The position numbers and the translations under genes were made by a program. A stretch of DNA of 64,000 nt. It comes from Monocercomonoides exilis PA203. Its lineage: Eukaryota; Protista; Preaxostyla. Shown here one piece after another: positions 13,801 through 23,274 of this stretch. Every line of letters begins with the position of its first letter. The first letter of the stretch is position 1. The notes below the pieces were generated by a model that saw only the letters and a list, made by a program, of their open reading frames with translations, was not told where the DNA came from and did not search any database. The stretch is from positions 1,860,001 to 1,924,000 of the forward strand of contig LSRY02000006.1 of the NCBI GenBank assembly GCA_001643675.2, read 5' to 3'.

Positions 13801-15700
13801 AAGAAGCTCCACCCAATCGCCTAATAGTTTTAAATCAGGAAATTTCTCTCTTTTCTCTTTCTCTTTCTCTCTCTCTTTCAGTTTCTCCTTCCACTTCTCC
13901 TTCTCTCTCTCCCTCATTGCTGTTATTCGTGTTATTCCTCTCACTCCATTTCCTCTTTTTCCTTTTCCATCTTTCAAATTATTCCCATTCTCATTCATTC
14001 CAGTAAAAATAGCCAGCATCCTCTGCTCTTTGTTCAATATCTGCTTGTTTTTCTGCCCCCATCTCAGTCTGTTCTGTCTCAATTGAAGTTTTCTTGTGTG
14101 AATGTTTGAAAATTCGTTGTCTTCATCAAAAAGAGGCGGCGGCGGAGGAGGAAAATCACGTGAAGTTGAATGAGAAAGAAGCTATTGAGTGAGAAAAGAA
14201 TGAGGGAGAGAAGGGATGTGTGTGAGAGAAGAGAGAGAAGGGAAAGAAGGAGAAAGGGAAGAAAGGGAAGACGATAAAGAAGAAGTGGAGATGGAAGGAG
14301 TTGATAGAGAAAGAATAACAGAAGAGAAAGAAGAAGGTTTGAGGGATGTTTTGAAGCTAAGTTGTGGTTGTTGATTAAGATGCTGATGTTGATGATGACG
14401 AGAATGAGAAATGAATAAGAACATGAATAAGAAAAATTAAAAGAAGAAGGAGTGCACGATGTGTTAAATGAGTAAATGCCCGTTGGATGCAGATGATGAA
14501 TAGAGGCAGAAGAAGGCGAGAAGAGTTGAGTGGCGAAATGGTAATGGAAAGAAGAGGAAAGAGGAGAAAGAGGAGAATATTGAAGAGCCAATGAAGAAGG
14601 AACAAGGGAAGATCTGTTGGTTGAGAGAAGGCGGTGAATGAAAGGTGAATTGAATGAAAGAGAAGGATTAGGAGGATGAAAAGGATGAGGTGGAGAAAGA
14701 GAAAAAAAAGAAAAAGAAATCGTATGATTTGATGTTGATATATTTGATTAAGAAGAAGAAGATGATGATGAATGAATGTCTTGAAATGATTAATTGTTGG
14801 AAATAAAGAAGATGAGTGTCAATTTACATCAACTGAGATATTCATTGAAATTCTCTTCTTCCCTTTCTTTAATGTTCTTCTGGTAAGCAGCATCCACTGA
14901 ATCTTTCGCTCAATCAGTTAACATCTCTTTCTTTCAAACATAAAATTGAAAGAATTTGGCATTTTTTCATTTCTCCTTTCAAATTCCATCTCTTCCACAT
15001 TCAATTCCCCTTCTTCACAAAAAAGCATCTTTCCTCAAAAATAATTCTTCGCCAAAGCCCAATGTCAGGTATCTTCGAAATATCTCGCATTTCATCTATC
15101 TGTATTTTTCTTCCTTGCTTTTCTTCATCTTCTTCAAAGCCATATAATCCTTCGCTTTTTCAACATCCTGAATGAAAAAATAATAATCACTTCAAAAAAC
15201 AACAACGATGACAAACCTTCTAATCATTTTTATAGGCAATTTTCTATATTTTATTCCATTGACAAAGCTCATTTCCCTCCTTTAAAAATTCATTATTCCT
15301 TCCTTTTTCAAGTATTTCTTCATCTGATTCGCTAATCGTCCTTTCCAGAAGTCATTTTCTCATTAAGTGCATCGATTTCTGGTTCTTCTGAAAAATGTGA
15401 AACTTATGTATTTTCTTCAATTTCATCTTTCTCATTGAAAAATATCCTGTTTTTCGTCTGAAAATATCATCTCCAATTCCCTTCCCAATCTCTTCATCCT
15501 GGGCACTTTCCATATGAATTCGCTTTCCCAACTCGATAGTTACCCTGCACAATGAGATATCCCGCTTTCTTTCATTTTCATTCATTTCCACCTCCTGCCA
15601 TGAAAGGAACACAAAAAACAGTCTACAGGTTAACATTCATATATAGAAAAATAAATAAAGAACAAACTGCCCTTCAACTGTTTTTTGCCAAACAGCTTCA
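10850..15700 (-). pseudogene. Fragmented low-complexity (K/E/S-rich) gene, product unknown
   Basis: Chain of minus-strand ORF pieces (13561-14082, 13339-13551, 12647-13051, 12282-12650, 11185-11910, 10902-11090) broken by stops and frameshifts rather than by AT-rich introns. Boundaries approximate. Confidence 0.5.
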
Positions 15701-16226
15701 TTTCCACAGCCATCATACAAATATTTTCACTTAAAACAAAGAAAGAACACATGTTGATTGTCTAGAAGAAAGCTTTGTTTTAAAACATGTGTTTTTATCA
15801 TAAAATAACAAAAAACAAACCTCGATACAACGTCAATGTGGAGAAAAATTGTTGAAAGAACATTTTGAAATAAAGTTATGGAATTTTTTCTCATTGAAAA
15901 GAGTTCAAAACACATATTTTTTAAACCAATTATAATGAATAATGTTGTTTTAATAATTATGAAGCGTATGAACACTAATAGAATATAAGCATTTTCTCGT
16001 TCTTGAAAGAACAAAAAAGCGAAAAATTTTCACAGATTTTTGATCTGAAAATTTGAGATACATTTTTCGAAAAAGAGGTCACACCTTGGTGCCCGCTTTT
16101 TTGACATGTTTCACGCACCTTCATAACAACAAATCGATTCGTGCAAAAAAAATGCCACCCAAGGTGTGACCATCGTGGGATACCTTAAAAATATTTTTTC
16201 CTAATGATCATATCCATAATTTTTTT
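14828..16226. repeat. Left arm of a 1399-bp inverted repeat
   Basis: Reverse complement of 21876-23274 (coordinates sum to 38102). Four ORF pairs translate identically. Ends were traced by eye, with one mismatch seen at 14839/23263. Confidence 0.95.
16077..16171. repeat. Nested 13-bp inverted motif GGTCACACCTTGG...CCAAGGTGTGACC (mirrored at 21931-22025)
   Basis: 16077-16089 and 16159-16171 are exact reverse complements, forming a GC-richer island within the arm. Confidence 0.9.
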
Positions 16227-17040
16227 GAATTAACATCCAATTGTCTGACTTTGGTGTTATGAGACGATTAATTTTTCATCCATTGTCTGCACAAAATGTT
16301 AACATTCTGACATAATTTTGTGAGATATTTTGTTGTTTCTACGTTTTTATTAGATGAAATTTTTATATTTGTGATGTTGAAAGTTTTTGCAATGAATTTC
16401 TTTTTCTCTTTTAAGATTCTTCAAATTTAAAAAAAACAAAAATAAAGAATAAAGTATGAATGATCTTTAATAGTTTACCAAAAGTTTATTAATTGATGAA
16501 AAAATGTTTCATCATTATAGTTCAAATAGAATTATTACCGCATTTAATTTTGAACGAATAAATCGAAAAAACATATAATTTCTTCAAGGCTGTTTTTGTG
16601 AAAAAAATATTTTTTTCCATAATTTCAAATATTTTTATAACTCATCCAAACATATATATTAGCAATTTTGTCAATTGAATTAATGAAAAAAATCATAAAG
16701 TTTTACCAAACTTTCATCTCTCATAAAATTTTTTCTTGAAAAAACATATTTTTAGCTGAAATCAAACAACTCAATATTTATTTAAAAAAAAGAAAAGAAA
16801 ATCAGTTAAATATTAAATTTTGTTGATAATCAAATTTTTTGTATTTATTTTTTTTTATTTTGTCATTTCATTTATGAGCTTTTTGTATTACTATGAATCT
16901 TTTGAGAAAATAAAATTGTGAGAAAGAAAAAATAAATTGAAATAAATAAAAATGAAAATAAAAAAAACAGTGAAGGATGACGGAATTTTAAGGATTTTTT
17001 CATATTAAAAATTCCATAATAAATTAAATATTTCACAAAA

Positions 17041-19393
17041 ATGTCTTTTTCAAAACCTCAATCAACTCTTAATTCACGATCAAAAATTCTTTGGAAAGAA
17101 ATTGAACGCATCGGTGGAGATGATGTGGATTCATTGCTTGTCTATCTATTTTACAACTACAGGCAATCATCTTCTGTAATTAACGATTTGTTGAAGACAT
17201 TGAACGGTTTGATTTTTATTTTTTCAAGTTTTATATAGAAAAATTTATGGACTGTCATTGTTGTCATTTTCTTATTTATTTACTAATTATTTATATTTTT
17301 TTAACAGAATATCACATAAAGCTGCTGGAGGACCTGTCTGTGGTGTACAACAACGCTCCGTTGCACACTCAGACAACAATGCTACAAGCGCTGTCCCGCA
17401 ACACATCATTATCCGATTTACAGGACTATGGATATGATGTTACGGAGGGAAAATTTATTTATGCGAAGCAAACGCTGAAGAAAAACCAAGGATTTATCAT
17501 CCCGCCTCAGAAACCTCAACTTCCGTCTTGCAAAAGTGGTTTGTTTTTATTTGAATTTTTTTTGAATAATTTTCTGTGTTTGTTTTAGGCTTAAATGAAC
17601 AGGATTGGGAAAAGGGCAACAACTGGATGTTAGCCCATTCAACTGAAGCTTCAACTTCTCTCCAATCGGCAAATAAAAAGCAGCGAGCAGAACCGGATTA
17701 TGCAAGATTTATTGATGAAGCAGCTTGGGAGGAAGAAATAATCACAGAAAACTCTTCTTCAAATAAAAAACAATCTTCTTCTTCTTCAACATCATCTCAA
17801 CAAAATAAAAAGTTAAATGTCGTTTCAGAAAATAATTCTTCATTAACAAATTCTTCACCTTCTCAACATGTTGATGCTCCAATCAGCACTCCAATAAGGA
17901 GAGAAAGGGGATCAACAAAAAGAAAAATTAACAAATCATGTCATAAACGTCACTCGTCTCCTTCACCCATTTCAATTCACAAATTCTTCAAAACAAAACA
18001 ATCGTCATCCACTTCCTCATCTTCCTCATCTTTCAAAAAGAAACAAATAGTAAATACACATTCTTCTTCCATTGAAGAATCTTCAACTTCCTATTTCAAC
18101 GATGATGTGTGGGTTAGCGATCAATTAATTGATTATGCCACTTCACCGACTCTAATTCCACCACAAGCATTTCGAAATCTTCTTTCATCATTTTCAAAAT
18201 ATTGTAATACTTCATCTTCTCAACATAACACACTAACAGATGAAAGAGATGTAACACTTCATAATTATTCTCCTCAAATCATGTCTAACAGCAACGCAAT
18301 GGATGTTCTTCCTGCAATTCAATCTCCTTCCCTCTCTCTGTCTTCTTCTCATTCTTATTATTCTTCAAAAACATTATCAGAACTGTCAAAAGGATTACTG
18401 AATTTGGGAAACACCTGCTATTTTGCTTCTCTTCTTCAATGCTTCTCTTCTGTAATGTCACAAAAACCATCTTTATTCAAAAATCAAACAGCAATGAAGA
18501 ACACATCTTCGTGTGTTATTAATGTTTGTCAACAATTGGCAAAAGATGGAACGACTGTGCGTTCGTGGGTCCCATCACTGATCAACAAATGGGAAGACTT
18601 TTGCGGATACAGCAGCAGGCAGCAACAGAATGTGATAGAAGCATTTGAAAATCTTCATCAACTTCTTCAAGATAATAAGATATTTGAAAAGGATACCTTC
18701 AATCCAGTGCTCATTACACATTTCAAATGTCAAAAATGTCAAAAAGTTTCTAATCATTTTAATGAATCTTGTTGCAATGTTATCATCAATACATCATCAC
18801 CTCACAAAGGTTTATCTTCACTTTTTGCTACAGAAATTTTGGATGGAAAGAATAGAGTCTATTGCGATTTTTGTAAGGATAAATGCTGTACTGCTCGATG
18901 GGAGGAAATGGCTGCATTTCCAGAGGTGCTAGCCCTCTGTCACGAATGCACCGATTCTGCTAGCTCTGCTCCTTCAAGAACGCTTATGATTGAAACTGAT
19001 CGTGTTAACCAGCGATCGTTTATCAAAGGGTTTTCAACAAAAAACGTTCACCATTTGCAAAAGAACAATAAGGAAATCATGATTTATCATCTTATTGGGC
19101 AAATTCTTTTCAAGCGTCTGGATCTCCAAAATGGACACTACATCGCCGTGATAAAAAAAAAGAGTGAAAACGACTGCAGATGGAATATCTGTAATGATGC
19201 TGATGTTACAGAACTGAACATCGACAATTGGACAAAGGAATGGAAGGATCTTTATGCTCAAGGTTTCACTCCGTCACTCTCATTCTATATCAAAGAAAAA
19301 ACCAAACCAACTTTTTCAACAATTCAGTTCGGTGGTTCCTCTTCTTCATCTTCTTCAAAAACATCTAATAATAACACTTCAAATAACATATCG

Positions 19394-19436
<43 letters not shown>

Positions 19437-20800
19437 TCATCACACCACCTCCTCGAACAGCTTCCATTCCACAACTTTCTTCATCAATAACAACTGACTA
19501 TGGATTAGAAGCTTTGAAAGAAAGAAGAAAGAAAACGGGCATCTTTTCTCCCAATGAAAAGAGATTAATCTTCAAGCCCAAGACAAAATTATGGAAAGAG
19601 TTTTCAGAAGAAACAAAAATCAAAGTTTCTCTCTCACATTTCTACAAACTCACTGCCAACTTCTCCAAAGCGAAAAGACGAACCGACCTTTGCGGAATGT
19701 GTGAGAAGTTGGACTATCTCGAGAACAAACTTAAATCTTCTCAAAACAAAAATGGACTTTCTTCTGCCGAGTTTCACACACTCAAACTTCTTCGTCAACA
19801 TCGAGTTGTTGCAGAAATGCAACGAAAACATTATCAATCGACAGTCGACAATCTGAAAGAAGGAGAAGCAGTTTTCGTCTTCGACTTCAAAGAAAAATGG
19901 AAACTTCCCATCAGAAAGAACCAACTTCAACAAGAATTCTTCAACTATCAACAAGTATCTCAATTCACAATCATCTCTCTTCAAAAAATAAAAAACCAAA
20001 AAATAAAACGAACATTCGACTTCTTCTCCGACTGCCTTTCAAATGATCACAGATTTGTTATTGAGTGTCTGGAATCTGTGATCAAAAGACACTTCTTCTC
20101 AGACACTCACACTTTTAAGTTCTTCTGCGATTCTGGACCACACAACCGAAATCGCTTCCTTCTTCACTTCATCCTCTCAAAACAATCCAAACTTCTCAAA
20201 AAGAAAAACACTCAACTCAACTTCTTCGCTGAGCACCATGGAAAGAACATCTGTGATAGTGAATTTGGTGCACTTGTGAATACAATCAGCAACAACTTAT
20301 CAACTGAACACATCACTACACTTCATGACTTAATCAACTTCTTCGACAACAATATGAACATATCAGCATCTGCTTCTTCAACTTCACAACAAGACATTTT
20401 TGAATCATCCTCAACTAATTCTTCTCCATCAACATCATCTGTCAATGACTCTGTGCACGAGAGGTACTTTGAAGAGTATGTACCATCTCAGCAAATTTCA
20501 TGGCCATCACTGTCAGTCCCTCACATGAAGGACTACTTATACTTTGAGCGCAAGGGCTCATTTGTCTGTGCTTCAGCTGTTGGATATCTTCCTCAACGCT
20601 CTCTGGTTGCCCTCGAATCTTCGACTATGAAAGAAAAAGTTCAACGTTCAAGAAAGTCATTTCACTCTGATATCACATCATCTAACTCTTCTCTTCTTTC
20701 TCAATCTTCTCAAGATCTTCTTTCAAGGAGATTTGAGCTTCTTCTTGACTCTTCATCTATTAATGAATCTCAAAATTGTTCTTTTGGTGTCCCTAATTAA
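17041..20800 (+). CDS. ~1202-aa Sola2-like transposase with an internal ubiquitin-specific protease (peptidase C19) domain; exons 17041-17206, 17308-17538, 17589-20800
   Basis: Two phase-1 GT-AG introns join cleanly. USP: GLLNLGNTCYFASLLQC, QQQNV, CxxC..CxxC, GHYIA, WNICND. Transposase: TDLCGMC, VFDFKE, SDCLSND, FFCDSGPHNRN, FFAEHHGKNICDSEFG. Confidence 0.88.
19391..19435 (+). repeat. (TCA)n microsatellite encoding a poly-Ser linker between USP and transposase core
   Basis: About 15 tandem TCA units in frame. Confidence 0.9.
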
Positions 20801-20806
20801 GAAACT

Positions 20807-20940
20807 AGTTGTTGTGCATGCTTAGCTGGCACTCTATCGGAAGGGTGCTTGACATGACTGTTCGTATTAGATATTGCAGCCCGAAGGCTGCAATATCCGG
20901 ACCTGGATACGACGAACAGCCTCCCAGGTGCACAATAGTT
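20807..20940. other. GC-rich, highly self-complementary element (candidate structured RNA), function unknown
   Basis: Perfect 12-bp hairpin 20870-20897, stems 20858-20865/20912-20919 and 20901-20906/20924-20929, and closing stem 20812-20818/20929-20935. Confidence 0.6.
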
Positions 20941-21875
20941 AGAATCCGATTGTTTTCTTGCGGTTTTTGTCCCTATATTGTCCCTATTATTGAATTTGTT
21001 ATTGTCCCTTTAATTATTGTATATATCGAGATTCATTAATATGAAGGGTTGTGAAGGAATTAACTGTCTTTGAGTGAGGTTTTTGGAAGAGAGAGTTGTT
21101 GAGAGTGTGAAATGTTGTTTTATCACGGTGTCTGTCTTTTTTCTATGTTGGATTTGATCTTTTTGAGTCAAAGAAAGAGAAATATCAGAAAGGGGTGAGT
21201 GGATGGAAAACAAAAGAAAAACAGTCAAGTTTGTTTTTGAACTTAAAATATTTGTACTCTTTTGTGTTTTGTATTGATTATGACACCATGAATTTGTTGA
21301 CATAGTATTGCTTTTTGTTGAATCTTTTATTGTTCAGAATCTTTGGTAATTTGATAATGATGAGTGAGAATTTCGAGAGAATGAAATTGAAAATGAATAA
21401 GTTTGTGTTAGCTTGAATGAACAAGATGTTAATATTGTTCATTTTGTTTATCGTTTGATGTTACAAAAAGATTTTTGAAATTGATTTTATTTGTTTTGTT
21501 TTGTTTTTCAAGTGTTTCAGTTTTTTTGTTTGTTTGTTGTTGTTTCAAAGAATCAATTCATTTATTTAGAAACATATCCAACATTGTGCAAAGAGAACTT
21601 GTTTGATTACTGAAAAAAAAATTGATCAACAATAATACACAACAATAACGTTAAAATTTCAATTCAACGAAATTCATAATTGATTTTTAAAAAACAAACT
21701 CAAAATAATATCAAAGAAAGATAAAACAAAACAACAAATTTGTAATTCACAAAAAATAAACAAAATTCAAAAATGACATTCAATAAATGATAAATTTGTA
21801 ATAATTTAAAAATCAAACGAATATTGTTTTTTCTAAAAATTACAAATGACAAAAAAAATTCGAAAATAAAAATAT

Positions 21876-23274
21876 AAAAAAATTATGGATATGATCATTA
21901 GGAAAAAATATTTTTAAGGTATCCCACGATGGTCACACCTTGGGTGGCATTTTTTTTGCACGAATCGATTTGTTGTTATGAAGGTGCGTGAAACATGTCA
22001 AAAAAGCGGGCACCAAGGTGTGACCTCTTTTTCGAAAAATGTATCTCAAATTTTCAGATCAAAAATCTGTGAAAATTTTTCGCTTTTTTGTTCTTTCAAG
22101 AACGAGAAAATGCTTATATTCTATTAGTGTTCATACGCTTCATAATTATTAAAACAACATTATTCATTATAATTGGTTTAAAAAATATGTGTTTTGAACT
22201 CTTTTCAATGAGAAAAAATTCCATAACTTTATTTCAAAATGTTCTTTCAACAATTTTTCTCCACATTGACGTTGTATCGAGGTTTGTTTTTTGTTATTTT
22301 ATGATAAAAACACATGTTTTAAAACAAAGCTTTCTTCTAGACAATCAACATGTGTTCTTTCTTTGTTTTAAGTGAAAATATTTGTATGATGGCTGTGGAA
22401 ATGAAGCTGTTTGGCAAAAAACAGTTGAAGGGCAGTTTGTTCTTTATTTATTTTTCTATATATGAATGTTAACCTGTAGACTGTTTTTTGTGTTCCTTTC
22501 ATGGCAGGAGGTGGAAATGAATGAAAATGAAAGAAAGCGGGATATCTCATTGTGCAGGGTAACTATCGAGTTGGGAAAGCGAATTCATATGGAAAGTGCC
22601 CAGGATGAAGAGATTGGGAAGGGAATTGGAGATGATATTTTCAGACGAAAAACAGGATATTTTTCAATGAGAAAGATGAAATTGAAGAAAATACATAAGT
22701 TTCACATTTTTCAGAAGAACCAGAAATCGATGCACTTAATGAGAAAATGACTTCTGGAAAGGACGATTAGCGAATCAGATGAAGAAATACTTGAAAAAGG
22801 AAGGAATAATGAATTTTTAAAGGAGGGAAATGAGCTTTGTCAATGGAATAAAATATAGAAAATTGCCTATAAAAATGATTAGAAGGTTTGTCATCGTTGT
22901 TGTTTTTTGAAGTGATTATTATTTTTTCATTCAGGATGTTGAAAAAGCGAAGGATTATATGGCTTTGAAGAAGATGAAGAAAAGCAAGGAAGAAAAATAC
23001 AGATAGATGAAATGCGAGATATTTCGAAGATACCTGACATTGGGCTTTGGCGAAGAATTATTTTTGAGGAAAGATGCTTTTTTGTGAAGAAGGGGAATTG
23101 AATGTGGAAGAGATGGAATTTGAAAGGAGAAATGAAAAAATGCCAAATTCTTTCAATTTTATGTTTGAAAGAAAGAGATGTTAACTGATTGAGCGAAAGA
23201 TTCAGTGGATGCTGCTTACCAGAAGAACATTAAAGAAAGGGAAGAAGAGAATTTCAATGAATTTCTCAGTTGAT
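21876..23274. repeat. Right arm of the 1399-bp inverted repeat
   Basis: Reverse complement of 14828-16226. Confidence 0.95.

Larger units (their letters stand above)
14828..23274 (+). mobile_element. Sola2-like DDD DNA transposon encoding a USP-transposase fusion; true termini either 14828/23274 or the GAG..CTC ends at 16075/22027
   Basis: A single transposase gene lies between long inverted repeats. No convincing target-site duplication was found. Confidence 0.8.

Noticed and set aside
14820-14830. AT dinucleotide as a TSD with CAACTG..CAGTTG ends
   Set aside because: AT is palindromic and simply part of the inverted repeat, so it is not independent evidence.
14956-16014. Short ORFs duplicated at 22088-23146
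   Set aside because: By-products of the inverted repeat, with no recognisable product.
19254-19490. Poly-His ORF
   Set aside because: Alternative frame of the (TCA)n poly-Ser tract.
20807-20940. Assignment of the structured element as an HDV-like, hammerhead or twister ribozyme, or an omega-RNA
   Set aside because: The minus strand has an HDV-like P1/P2/P4/CUAA order but only 4 nt where P3-L3 is needed. There is no CUGANGA/GAAA core, and the protein lacks TnpB/Fanzor RuvC motifs.
21010-21303. 97-aa minus-strand ORF as a second transposon gene
   Set aside because: No motif and low complexity. It cannot be supported without expression or conservation data.
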